Virus record (IMG/VR): IMGVR_UViG_3300027509_000014 | DNA length: 64,000 nt | Direction: 5' to 3' (one strand) | Source: a virus | Shown here: in pieces, positions 19,900 through 28,984 of the stretch | Numbering within the stretch: the first letter of the stretch is position 1 | Layout of the letters: each line of letters begins with the position of its first letter | The notes under the pieces: model-generated | Seen by the model: the letters and a program-made list of their open reading frames with translations, nothing else | Told to the model about the DNA's origin: nothing | Database searches by the model: none | Translations under genes and position numbers: made by a program

Positions 19900-20586
19900 A
19901 TGACAATCAATATAGACGACATCAGCTTGGACGAAGAACCAGAGCGCATGACGATGGAAGAGTTTCGTGCGCTGCTAGACGAAACCAAGCCGGGTCTAGT
20001 GACAGAAGAGTCCCAGGTTGCAGCTAGGGACGAAACCGTAACACCTGCGGCTCCCGCCAGCTTTACTGACGCTGTCACCAAGGCTGTCGATGTCGAAGCC
20101 GTGGTGCCCACGCCTAGTCGCCCCGCCGCTAAACCAGCTGGCTCTACTAAGACAGCTGGCTCTACTAAGCCAGCTCGACCGACTCGCCAGTCTCTTGTTG
20201 GGGCCAAGCAGTCCAGGCAAGAACCTGAGCGCAAACCATTCCGCAACAAGGCCATTAAGGGCAACAAGCGCCGCCAGTTTGCCTTAGGTGTTGTTCCTTC
20301 GCTGATGCTATTCGCTGTTATATCGGCGTTCATTTGGGGATGGGCCGTTGGGGGTAGTCCATTGGGCGGCTTCTATGTCATTATGGTCCCGCTATTGTTG
20401 GCACTGATGTTTTTCATTCCTGTACTTGTCTTTTACGTAGCGGTACTGTTAGCCCTTTGGATGATCGTAGAAGCATTTGGTATTGAGGCTAAGCGCGAGA
20501 CTTACGAGCGTGTTAAAGAAGTAGTGCCAACATCTACCGAAGCCGCTAAGCTGATGGTCCGCAACGCAATGTACAAGGTGATATAA
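19900..20586 (+). CDS. membrane protein with low-complexity N-terminal region
   Basis: GAGGAG SD; P/A/T/K-rich linker followed by 2-3 hydrophobic segments. Confidence 0.7.
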   Translation: MTINIDDISLDEEPERMTMEEFRALLDETKPGLVTEESQVAARDETVTPAAPASFTDAVTKAVDVEAVVPTPSRPAAKPAGSTKTAGSTKPARPTRQSLVGAKQSRQEPERKPFRNKAIKGNKRRQFALGVVPSLMLFAVISAFIWGWAVGGSPLGGFYVIMVPLLLALMFFIPVLVFYVAVLLALWMIVEAFGIEAKRETYERVKEVVPTSTEAAKLMVRNAMYKVI

Positions 20587-20587
20587 G

Positions 20588-20959
20588 ATGACTGAGAATC
20601 TAGGGCACCTATTGAAACGAGCTAGGGAGGCTAAGGTAAAGGCCACATCTAATAGAATCCCTTATGCAATTCCCAATGGCATTGAGCCAAACGTAGCCGA
20701 GTGGTACGAAATCATTGAGAGCTTTGCCGACATGGAACCAATGATCCGAGAACGGAGAGGCCGTGGTGGCCACTCATGTGTATCTTGTGGTGCGGGTTCT
20801 GTGCACCACTCTGACTGCGCATGGCGGCGCGCCCGAGAAATCACGGGCCAGTCTGAAAAGCAACGCCAGGCCAAAGCCGAAGCGATCAGAAAAGATATTG
20901 AAAAATTACAGACTGAAATGTTGAAAAAGGAAGCCGAACTAACTAAGCTAGATCTATGA
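20588..20959 (+). CDS. hypothetical protein with CxxC-x7-HxxxC motif and coiled coil
   Basis: CVSCGAGSVHHSDC. Confidence 0.65.
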   Translation: MTENLGHLLKRAREAKVKATSNRIPYAIPNGIEPNVAEWYEIIESFADMEPMIRERRGRGGHSCVSCGAGSVHHSDCAWRRAREITGQSEKQRQAKAEAIRKDIEKLQTEMLKKEAELTKLDL

Positions 20960-21219
20960 GCAAAGCACCCAAGGTATACGCAAATGAATCAAGCGTTCTG
21001 GGAAACGAGCGCAACATCACTCTTCTTGAGGCGACCAACCTAGCTAAAGGCCTTATAGTTAACTTGCCACCAATGCCCATGCCAAGAATGGCTGTGGACT
21101 CGGCAAAAGCTTTTGGCTGTGCAACGTGCGAGTATTCAACAGGAACGATTGTGTTTGCTGCCCATATCGAACCAGGCACTGTGGTGCATGAACTTGCTCA
21201 CTGGGCCAAAGCCGTCTGA
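20956..21219 (+). CDS. short HExxH (zincin-like) protein, possibly a fragment
   Basis: TVVHELAHW close to the C-terminus. Confidence 0.55.
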   Translation: MSKAPKVYANESSVLGNERNITLLEATNLAKGLIVNLPPMPMPRMAVDSAKAFGCATCEYSTGTIVFAAHIEPGTVVHELAHWAKAV

Positions 21220-21443
21220 TGAAGACTCGAACCGAGATTGACGAAGCCAACGATGGTTCGTACCTGCCAATGCTCATGAGCGACTATCAGCGAGCCAAAG
21301 ACATGCAGGGCAAGCTGCGCACTGGCAGCGACTACGGCTCAGGCTCTAGCGCTGGCCGCTCTGCTGGCTCAGCGGCTGCACGTAGTGCTTCGCTTGGTGG
21401 ATCGTCTATGCCAAGTGCACCACGAGCGCTGGGTGCTGGCTGA
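21219..21443 (+). CDS. hypothetical protein resembling a DUF2786-type C-terminal tail
   Basis: GSSAGRSAGSAAARSASLGG. Confidence 0.5.
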   Translation: MKTRTEIDEANDGSYLPMLMSDYQRAKDMQGKLRTGSDYGSGSSAGRSAGSAAARSASLGGSSMPSAPRALGAG

Positions 21444-21703
21444 TGGCTTGGTATGAGATTGTAGGCATTGTGATTTTGATCATTGGCGCTCTTTATATGG
21501 TTGCGAGTTTCCCTGAAATCATATTGATTGTAGGCGCACTTATTGGGATAGCTGCAATCGGCAGCGCGATTGATCGAAGAGAAGCTATCGAGGGAGCGCC
21601 TCAGGGAATCATATGCACTGACGGCATTGCCTTCAAAAATGGTGGAATGTTCAGCGCTGATACAAGAGTGGCCGATTGGGACTCTTGGTGCATGAAGCCG
21701 TAA
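21443..21703 (+). CDS. small membrane protein
   Basis: N-terminal hydrophobic helices. Confidence 0.65.
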   Translation: MAWYEIVGIVILIIGALYMVASFPEIILIVGALIGIAAIGSAIDRREAIEGAPQGIICTDGIAFKNGGMFSADTRVADWDSWCMKP

Positions 21704-21909
21704 CATAATTCGCAGGGCGGTGGGGTTTCCGTGTGGTGTGGACCCCGCCGCCCTTGGTGAGATAAATCTTGGGTGAGATAAATCTTGGATGAGAGAAAAA
21801 TCTTAGATGAGAAATTTTATATTTCTCACCCATTCACGTTGCTAAACCAAATAGCCTCACGATAGGCTGACCGTATCAACAACCAAACGAAGGTATTAAG
21901 GAGAACGCA

Positions 21910-22137
21910 ATGGAAGATGTAAGCCACAACCGAAGCTGGGATCACCAAGACTTTACAGTCTCGCTTAGTGATGGCAGAGTGGCAAAGATTTATCTGGCTA
22001 CAGAGCAAGTGTGGAGGGTCGATACGGTGATTGGCCAAGACGGCGCACTTGTTGCCCGTGGTCCATTTTACGATGACTTCAATCGTATCGAACATGCCCA
22101 TCTGCATGACGCAATTATGTTCGCAAGTTCACTGTAG
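21910..22137 (+). CDS. hypothetical protein
   Basis: AAGGAG SD and upstream promoter. Confidence 0.7.
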   Translation: MEDVSHNRSWDHQDFTVSLSDGRVAKIYLATEQVWRVDTVIGQDGALVARGPFYDDFNRIEHAHLHDAIMFASSL

Positions 22138-22143
22138 GTTGAC

Positions 22144-22335
22144 ATGACCGACTACAATTCTTTCGAAAAGAGGCTAGAGCGTTTGCGCTGGGCAGCTAAG
22201 CCCCAATATCATCTCGACGGTGAGCCTGACAATCACGAGCATGTCGAGCGAGCAGACATAGCAGCGCTATTACTCAAGTATGATGATATGCGCCAAACTC
22301 TCGAAGAGTTTCGTCGTCAGGGGTTATTGCGATAA
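22144..22335 (+). CDS. hypothetical protein
   Basis: ORF in operon context. Confidence 0.6.
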   Translation: MTDYNSFEKRLERLRWAAKPQYHLDGEPDNHEHVERADIAALLLKYDDMRQTLEEFRRQGLLR

Positions 22336-22381
22336 CCAAGGTCAAGTTGCAAACCATATCAATAGGAGATAGGATACTCAT

Positions 22382-22639
22382 ATGACTACAAACGACAACC
22401 AAGCAAGCGGAATCGAACGACTACGCCAAACCCAGAAGGCTCACAAGGCTTTTGCTATCCTGGCGGCGCAGGGCCGTCTGGGTACTCGCAGCGATGTCAA
22501 GAAGCTCACTGATGAGCTTGAGTACGGCCAGAAGATTCTGGACCAGTTGGCTCAACTGGTCGGACGCCGAACGTTCAGCCATACAACTGGGCTGATCCTG
22601 CGGACGATGCTGCTTGAATACGCATTGTACCTGCCATGA
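22382..22639 (+). CDS. hypothetical protein (leaderless)
   Basis: TTGCAA-N17-TAGGAT-N6-ATG. Confidence 0.7.
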   Translation: MTTNDNQASGIERLRQTQKAHKAFAILAAQGRLGTRSDVKKLTDELEYGQKILDQLAQLVGRRTFSHTTGLILRTMLLEYALYLP

Positions 22640-22871
22640 AAGGTCTCACTGAAAGAGAAATCAATTTCATTATTGAATGCATGGATAGCCATATTGGATA
22701 TGTCGCTAATGAACTCAATCGTGGTGTTAAAGGGATGGCTGAGCTTGAAGATTCTATCATTCAAAAGCTGAATCTGCAGGAGGATTTATAACGAGATAGC
22801 TGTATAGTGATGCCACCAACAACCCAGGGGACACTGGGGATATCGAGGCCAGAAGTACTGGCCCTGAACTA

Positions 22872-22951
22872 GCCTCCGTACCGAGCGGGCCTTCTAAGCT
22901 TGACATTCGTAGTGGAAGTTGAAATCGCAGGTTCGAATCCTGCCGGGGGCG
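22872..22951 (+). tRNA. D-arm-less tRNA-like RNA, anticodon TCT (Arg), long variable region
   Basis: Acceptor GCCTCCG/CGGGGGC; loop CTTCTAA; T-arm GCAGG-TTCGAAT-CCTGC; only 7 nt between acceptor and anticodon stems. Confidence 0.6.
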
Positions 22952-22976
22952 CTAATCAAATAGGAGATATAAAAAC

Positions 22977-23735
22977 ATGAGTCATTTTTCAGTCATCGTA
23001 ATTGGCGATAACGTCGAAGAGCAACTACAGCCATATCACGAATATGAATGCACCGGCATTAGAGATCAGTACGTCGTACACGTAGATATTACCAATGAGG
23101 TAGTCGAGAGCCACAAGGATCATTTAGGCAGGTGGCCATTGCTTGCTGACTTTGCAAAGGATTACTACGGAGCCGACATTAACCCAGACGGCACTATCAT
23201 TCGATACACAAACCCAAACGCTCAGTGGGACTGGTGGTGCATTGGTGGTCGCTGGTCTGGCTGGCTTGGGCTTAACCAGGGCCTGCGTAAGGATTTTGAC
23301 TTCGAAGGGATCGAGGCAGCAAAACGCCTAGAGGCTGCTGCGGATTACGCATACTACTGCCCCGAGGGTGAGCCGCCATTGCTGTGGGATCAATATCGTG
23401 AACAGTTTGACACTATTGATCTTGCCCGCTCAGCTTGGGCGGAAGAACCAATGGTCAAAGAAATCAGACGAAGGGCAAGCGCTCGCGACACCTTCATAAT
23501 GAGACCGGACAAATATTTTGTCCCAGTAGAAGAATTTGTCAACGCAGCCGCCGCTGGCTCCATAGTGCCCTACGCTATGGTAATGGAAGGCGTTTGGTCG
23601 TCTAAGGGCGAAATGGGCTGGTTTGGCATTTCTGACGACAAGGTAAGCCAAGAAGAGTGGAACACTAAGGCTCGGAATATTTTGCTAAACGTTCCTGACG
23701 ATATGCTCATCACCGTAGTGGATTGCCACATCTGA
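22977..23735 (+). CDS. conserved phage hypothetical protein
   Basis: MSHFSVIV...NPNAQWDWWCIGGRW...MGWFG...VVDCHI pattern. Confidence 0.8.
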   Translation: MSHFSVIVIGDNVEEQLQPYHEYECTGIRDQYVVHVDITNEVVESHKDHLGRWPLLADFAKDYYGADINPDGTIIRYTNPNAQWDWWCIGGRWSGWLGLNQGLRKDFDFEGIEAAKRLEAAADYAYYCPEGEPPLLWDQYREQFDTIDLARSAWAEEPMVKEIRRRASARDTFIMRPDKYFVPVEEFVNAAAAGSIVPYAMVMEGVWSSKGEMGWFGISDDKVSQEEWNTKARNILLNVPDDMLITVVDCHI

Positions 23736-23839
23736 TAAAAAGAAAATTGCAAAAGAGGTTGCAAAGCAATCTCGAACACGCTAAAGTAATCATTGTTAGC
23801 CAAAGAGGCTAACGATAAACAAATAGGAGATACAAAGAA

Positions 23840-24244
23840 ATGACTACCAAGACCCGAGCTTATGTTCACAATCCAGCCAAGCCTGCTGACTTCCTGACTC
23901 GCCTGCTAAACCGTGGCGTCGTCAACGTTGATTTGGCCAAAGCTGTGGAACAGTACGCAGCCGAAGGCGTGACTCGCACCGAAGATCAGGTTGCCAACAA
24001 CGTTCGTGCAGCTATCCGCATGGCTGGCAACCAGATGTTTGCTGGCGCACTCGACACCAAGATCACCGGCTCCAAGCTGCGCATCGAACTCAACGGCCAG
24101 CCCGTTGCTGTACCCGCTGACAGCTTTCCTAAGGTGCTTTCCAACATGATTAACAACGGCAAGAAGGTCAGCCCGACCATCGCCGCCGCTGTGGCTGCTG
24201 TTGGCGGTCCTGCACTTCCGGTCAATCCTCAGGCCAAGGTGTAA
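23840..24244 (+). CDS. hypothetical protein
   Basis: TTGCAA-N17-TAAAGT promoter; AGGAGA SD. Confidence 0.75.
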   Translation: MTTKTRAYVHNPAKPADFLTRLLNRGVVNVDLAKAVEQYAAEGVTRTEDQVANNVRAAIRMAGNQMFAGALDTKITGSKLRIELNGQPVAVPADSFPKVLSNMINNGKKVSPTIAAAVAAVGGPALPVNPQAKV

Positions 24245-24316
24245 AGATCTATCCACCGCAGAGCCGGATCAATTTAGGGACGTGATAGACCCTATACACA
24301 AGGTTCGTGCGGTTGG

Positions 24317-24385
24317 TCCTCACTAGCTCAACTGGTAGAGCTGGCCCGAAGGGGTTGAGACTGGGTTCAAGTCCCAGGTGAGGAA
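24317..24385 (+). ncRNA. tRNA-like RNA lacking an anticodon loop
   Basis: Acceptor TCCTCAC/GTGAGGA; D-arm GCTC-AACTGGTA-GAGC; T-arm CTGGG-TTCAAGT-CCCAG; only 19 nt between D and T arms, containing a CCC-GAA-GGG mini-hairpin. Confidence 0.75.
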
Positions 24386-24400
24386 CTCGTTTAAACCAAT

Positions 24401-24456
24401 CTAGAAATTCCTACCCCTTGTTGTTGTTCCCTCAGGGGTAGGAATTTCTACTTTTT
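24401..24456 (+). terminator. intrinsic terminator
   Basis: TAGAAATTCCTACCCCT/AGGGGTAGGAATTTCTA 17-bp stem followed by CTTTTT. Confidence 0.85.
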
Positions 24457-24503
24457 ATATAAACCACGTTGCAATGCCCTATTCGATCCGATAAGATGTC
24501 TTT

Positions 24504-24761
24504 ATGGAAACCACACAGAATGCCAATCCAATCCGCCGCATCGTCGTACTGGTGCCAACGGCAACTAATATCCCCGAAATCGAGCGTATCGAGGCCTACC
24601 TCTACGGCAACTTCGAAGTCACCGATCAGCGTCGTGAGTCCATGCTGGACGATCACTACACCGAGGTCACCATCTCGGGTCGTGACTCTGCTGGCTTCAC
24701 CGCAGAAGCTCAGGCCGATAGGTTGTGGTCTGGCATGATTGGTGCTAGAGTAGTGGCGTGA
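24504..24761 (+). CDS. hypothetical protein (leaderless)
   Basis: TTGCAA-N17-TAAGAT-N6-ATG. Confidence 0.75.
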   Translation: METTQNANPIRRIVVLVPTATNIPEIERIEAYLYGNFEVTDQRRESMLDDHYTEVTISGRDSAGFTAEAQADRLWSGMIGARVVA

Positions 24762-25165
24762 AGAACCTCGCCCGAGCCGAAGGCGCAGAGCCGGTAGATC
24801 ATCAGGTCTCAACCGAGCTAACAAACGCCGGTATAGACACCCACATTTCGCCATTTGCGATTCCTGGCGAGGTGCCCACCAGCGTCTTTGGCCTAGTTGG
24901 CCCCTGGCGCTTCATAAGGGCTTGGCGCTATTGGGTCGCAGAAGGCCCTGGCATTCCAGTAAAGCTCGCAGAGCAGCTATGGGAGTCTCACGGCAAGCAA
25001 GTGAGGGTTAGGGGCCACGCTGGTGGTATGACGCCCAGAAATCAGTACGATGGCTTTGGCGTAGGCATGTATCACGTGGATACTATCGAAGGCCTAAGGG
25101 CTTTGGCCGACGTAATCAAATTGATTGTGAGAGAAAATCAAATTGTTCTTGACTCACGCAATTAA
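24758..25165 (+). CDS. hypothetical protein
   Basis: GTG overlapping previous stop; WRFIRAWRYWVAEG...YHVDT pattern. Confidence 0.7.
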   Translation: MKNLARAEGAEPVDHQVSTELTNAGIDTHISPFAIPGEVPTSVFGLVGPWRFIRAWRYWVAEGPGIPVKLAEQLWESHGKQVRVRGHAGGMTPRNQYDGFGVGMYHVDTIEGLRALADVIKLIVRENQIVLDSRN

Positions 25166-25202
25166 CGCTATAGAGTGTGTGAAGAACTAAAGGAGTAGCA
25201 CA

Positions 25203-26000
25203 ATGGAAACTAAAGACTTGAAGCATGAGGTAGAACAGCTTGGACCTATCGAGTTAGAAGATCTTGATATGCAGATCTTAAAGGTCGGAGGTTGTGTGCG
25301 AGACGAGATTATGGGCACGCCTACCAAGGATGTTGACTTTGTCGTTCTTGTAGATTTGGAGCGTTTTACTACAGTTGAAGAAGGCTTCAACCATATGTAC
25401 TCAGAGCTTCAGATGGCTGGATTCAAGATTTTTGTGGAAACCCCCGAGCACGCCACCATACGTGCTCAGTTCCCGCCTCACATGCGTGACGCCTTTGGAG
25501 GGGTGCGTGACGCAGACTTTGTACTCGCACGCAGAGATGGCCCCTACACCGATGGTCGCAGACCTGACTGGGTGAAGCTGGGCACGCTAGAAGATGATTT
25601 GGCCAGGCGTGATTTCACCATGAACGCCATTGCTCAAGATTCAAACGGCAACCTGATTGATCCCTATCATGGCCAGGTTGACATTAGCGTCAAGGTGCTG
25701 GAATTTGTGGGTGCCCCCATGGATCGTATCACCGAGGACGCTTTGCGTGTTATACGTGGGCTTCGCTTCATGATCACCAAAGACCTTGTAGCATCGCCCA
25801 GCGCGTGGAGCGCTATGTTGAGCGATGAGTCTGCAAAGGCCCTAGCTCTCATTGCTGAAGAGCGAAGAGAGTCAGAGCTTCGCAAGATGATCGAACATGA
25901 TCCTATTGAAGCGATCAGCCTGTTGGATTCTTTGCCACGAGGGTTGCGGGAAGCTATCTTTGCTGGTAGGGTGAGGCTCACAACAACACTGAAGAAGTGA
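25203..26000 (+). CDS. cca: class II tRNA nucleotidyltransferase (CCA-adding/poly(A) polymerase family), short form
   Basis: VGGCVRD, DVDFVV, EDDLARRDFTMNAIA, EDALRVIRGLRF. Confidence 0.88.
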   Translation: METKDLKHEVEQLGPIELEDLDMQILKVGGCVRDEIMGTPTKDVDFVVLVDLERFTTVEEGFNHMYSELQMAGFKIFVETPEHATIRAQFPPHMRDAFGGVRDADFVLARRDGPYTDGRRPDWVKLGTLEDDLARRDFTMNAIAQDSNGNLIDPYHGQVDISVKVLEFVGAPMDRITEDALRVIRGLRFMITKDLVASPSAWSAMLSDESAKALALIAEERRESELRKMIEHDPIEAISLLDSLPRGLREAIFAGRVRLTTTLKK

Positions 26001-26048
26001 CAACAACGCTAAAGAATTAAAATCGACCCGTAGTAACATTGGCACGAC

Positions 26049-26195
26049 TCGCCGCAACCGGCTCCTACCTAGGATGGAGCGTATCGCTTGCAAAGAGTAC
26101 GGCTAGGAACAAATTCATAGACCAAAGCCACAGATCTTTTATCCGGTGTGGTGGGCAAACTATGCGTTGGTGAGTTCGACCCTCACCTGCGGGAC
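26049..26195 (+). ncRNA. possible expanded tRNA-like RNA
   Basis: T-arm GGTGAG-TTCGACC-CTCACC; 3' TGCGGGA pairs with TC(G)CCGCA at 26049; 5-bp hairpin at the D-arm position. Confidence 0.35.
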
Positions 26196-26226
26196 TAAAT
26201 AAGGACACAAACAAGAAGAAACGCAA

Positions 26227-26445
26227 ATGAGTGATAAAACAGATCAAGTACACAACGATAAGGCGTACAACAAGAACGCACTAACCGCTGCCTATCTCAT
26301 GGGTGCGATAGATGTAATAGGTGATCTTGTTTCCGTTCTTGCAGAATCAGGCTTGGTTGTTGAAGGAACCCCCAACGGCGATGCCATTCTCGATAAGGCA
26401 ATGTCCATGGTCAAAATAATCGAATCTAAGGCAGAAGAGCTATGA
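26227..26445 (+). CDS. hypothetical protein
   Basis: ORF in context. Confidence 0.6.
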   Translation: MSDKTDQVHNDKAYNKNALTAAYLMGAIDVIGDLVSVLAESGLVVEGTPNGDAILDKAMSMVKIIESKAEEL

Positions 26446-26593
26446 GTAGTTGCGACGGAGACATGAACTACGAAAACGGCTATGAAGCTGGTATGGATTT
26501 CGGCAAGCTAAACGTTTGCTGGTAACACCCCAGAGCTGCTTGAACATATCGAGCAAGTTAAGAAGAATACTGATCACAGGTGGTAAAGAATCC

Positions 26594-27380
26594 AATTCAG
26601 TAATCTCTGTAAAAATTGAAATAATTCAATATATCCAATTTCTATATTTCTGACAACGTCGATTTAGACATTTCTGACATTTCTGACATTTCTGACGAAC
26701 TTTCGGTTTTCCTCACTTGGCCGGAAGTTTCGTCGCGTCTGGGGTTGTGTTTCGTCTGAGTGTGCTGTATGCTGTATGTATGGACGATATATTCAAAGTA
26801 CACCTATTGCCCTCAGAGCTTCTATCTGACGCTATTGAGATCATCGAAGATAGAGGCTGGCGACAGTATGGCAATTACGATATTGCGATTAAGGATGGCG
26901 ATCTTTGTGGCCGCGTGTGCATGATGGGTGCCTGTAGCGCCGCTGTGAGTTTGGCTGGCTCAGCCATAATCCCTTACTTCCAAAACCCTTTTGATCAAGA
27001 GCCTGACAATTTTAGAGAGGCTACAGAAGAGTTGGTTGCTCAAGTCAATGGTCGAGTACCCCAATTCTGGAACGACAATGAGGGCCGAACCAAAGAAGAG
27101 GTTATCACATTGCTAAACAAAGCACGAGTCGCTCTAGAAGCCCGAGGCCGCTAAGCCCGCTCCCGAAGCGGCTCGCCCGAGCCGCCCGCCGAACATACAT
27201 ACTATATACTTTTCTGTTTTCCCATCTGCCATATTGGCGCCCCGCTGACCGAACCAGGAGGCTCTGAGACTAAAATCTCAAAAATGAGAAATGTGTATCA
27301 CAAAAGATACGAGTGTCTCAAAGCAGAGACATTGTTCTCATAATAGAGATTACATTCTCAAAAGTGAAACCAAAACGCCA
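26594..27380 (+). other. tripartite element copy 2
   Basis: (CATTTCTGA)x3 with last ATTTCTG ending 26694; CCATCTG at 27222; palindromes at 27265, 27285, 27305, 27325, 27345. Confidence 0.85.
26780..27154 (+). CDS. DUF6197-like small protein (paralog 3, leaderless), filler of element copy 2
   Basis: TTGTGT-N17-TATGCT-N6-ATG; AIEIIEDRGW...VCMMGAC...WNDNEGRTKEEV. Confidence 0.75.
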   Translation: MDDIFKVHLLPSELLSDAIEIIEDRGWRQYGNYDIAIKDGDLCGRVCMMGACSAAVSLAGSAIIPYFQNPFDQEPDNFREATEELVAQVNGRVPQFWNDNEGRTKEEVITLLNKARVALEARGR

Positions 27381-27462
27381 AAAGCGCCTATGCTCGCTAG
27401 CCCCTTTTGGGACCGGCGAGCAATAGGCTAGGCGCTAGGCGTTGCGTTGTCAAGTGATTTTT

Positions 27463-27681
27463 TCATCGTGTCCGATCTAGTGCCACAAATTCGAGCTTGG
27501 TAGCACCATCGTCACCGAGAAAAGTTCGGGTGAAAACCCTACGGCCGTTGTCGTCGCGTGGGTTTCCGATGGCAGCATCGAAACCCCCATCACGAGTGAA
27601 TTCGCTACGTGCGATGAGTCGCACCGGAGTAGGTCCGAAGCGAAAGTGGTCAAATATTGAGTGTGTGTGTGTGTTTCTCAT
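27463..27681 (-). CDS. hypothetical protein (leaderless)
   Basis: TTGACG-N18-TATAAT-N6-ATG on the minus strand. Confidence 0.6.
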   Translation of the reverse strand: MRNTHTHSIFDHFRFGPTPVRLIARSEFTRDGGFDAAIGNPRDDNGRRVFTRTFLGDDGATKLEFVALDRTR

Positions 27682-27828
27682 AACGACATTATAGACACAC
27701 TCAAAACAGAACGTCAACCCGTGTTATAAAGTTTGTGTGTGACAAGCGTCACGTTGCTATTGGGTGTAATTTTGATATGGTGTCTCTATGCAAACGAACG
27801 CAAGTTACTATACAAAAGGAGAAACACA

Positions 27829-28041
27829 ATGGAGTCACTAACGGTAGGCGGAGCCTATGGGCGAGATTACAAGTCCAAAAAGGCCGTTCTGGCAGACTGG
27901 AACGCAAACAAGGATTTTCAAATTCTGAATATGGGTCCTGATTGTGGGAGATATCTCTCAAAATCAGACACCGAAGGGATGATGATTCACGTTCGGTACA
28001 ATGCTCTCATGAGCATTACGTCGGTGCCATCCGAGGAATAA
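27829..28041 (+). CDS. hypothetical protein
   Basis: AAGGAG SD; AYGRDYKSKKAVLADW pattern. Confidence 0.75.
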   Translation: MESLTVGGAYGRDYKSKKAVLADWNANKDFQILNMGPDCGRYLSKSDTEGMMIHVRYNALMSITSVPSEE

Positions 28042-28122
28042 AAGAAACTTTACTCGATAGGTTGCAACGTCGCACCCTATCGAGTAAGGTAATCATCACA
28101 AGCCAATAAGGAGAAACACACA

Positions 28123-28368
28123 ATGAACAAGCCAGCAGATTACACCAAAACATTTTCAAAAGAGGCCGCTTTTGCCTTCGCCGCCATTGTTTGCCCTATG
28201 GGTTTGAGCGGCGACGTTGACGACTGGCACAACTTTCGCGAGTGGGCCGTGGATCACGCTTTCGGGTTTGCATACGATGGGCCAGCGACACCGGCGCTGA
28301 TGAGTCATGTTGCTGAATGGGCCGATATGGAATCGGAATCCGCATGGATGCGAACGCAAGCTGAATAA
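28123..28368 (+). CDS. hypothetical protein
   Basis: Own TTGCAA promoter; AAGGAG SD. Confidence 0.75.
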   Translation: MNKPADYTKTFSKEAAFAFAAIVCPMGLSGDVDDWHNFREWAVDHAFGFAYDGPATPALMSHVAEWADMESESAWMRTQAE

Positions 28369-28392
28369 ATTTTAGAAAATCCCCCCGATAGG

Positions 28393-28470
28393 TTGGCATA
28401 GCGGGCCAAACCCGCTATGCTGGCCTTATCGGAGGGAGGAAGGACGACACGCCCCCTGCATGGCTTTATT
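28393..28470 (+). ncRNA. promoter plus GGAGGGAGGA-leader short RNA, copy a
   Basis: TTGGCA-N17-TATGCT; GGAGGGAGGA starts 10 nt after the -10 box. Confidence 0.5.
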
Positions 28471-28660
28471 TAATATATTTTAGGGGTCCTCCCGTCCTAC
28501 CCCTCTGCGTTTTGCGCTGGGGCCGCTTGGGCTGCTGCCTAAGCGTACCGACTTTACAACGAAAAACCAACTTTCGCTAGAAAGAAATAACCTGTAAAGA
28601 AAACTTTTGTTCCCCAATTTTGGGGTTGGCATAGGGTGTGTAATCCTATAAGATACTCAT

Positions 28661-28879
28661 ATGAACAACACACACACACCAGCCAGCAGAATCATACAGG
28701 ACTTTCTCACCGAAAATCCGGGCACCACGTTTGGTGCGCTGCGATCACACGTGGCGCTTATGGACGCCCTGCCCATGCGCCAGGTGTCTCGCGAGCTTCG
28801 CACATTGCGTGAGCTTGGCGACGTTCTCACGAACGGCATCGACGGCAACAACGGCATCCTATGGTGGAACGAGCGCTAA
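28661..28879 (+). CDS. small HTH-like protein (leaderless)
   Basis: TTGGCA-N17-TAAGAT-N6-ATG; VSRELRTLRELG helix pattern. Confidence 0.7.
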   Translation: MNNTHTPASRIIQDFLTENPGTTFGALRSHVALMDALPMRQVSRELRTLRELGDVLTNGIDGNNGILWWNER

Positions 28880-28984
28880 GACAAAGTTCTCAAAAGAATT
28901 AGCGCTTAGGGTTGCAAGTCGTAGCTTTAAGCGCTAGATTACTACTCACAAGCCCGCAAGGGACACACACAAGGAGTACACACA

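Noticed and set aside
22872-26195. tmRNA or YrlA-type Y RNA identity for the tRNA-like elements
   Set aside because: No G3:U70 pair or tag reading frame; the elements are not circularly permuted as YrlA is, and no Ro/Rsr gene is in the window.
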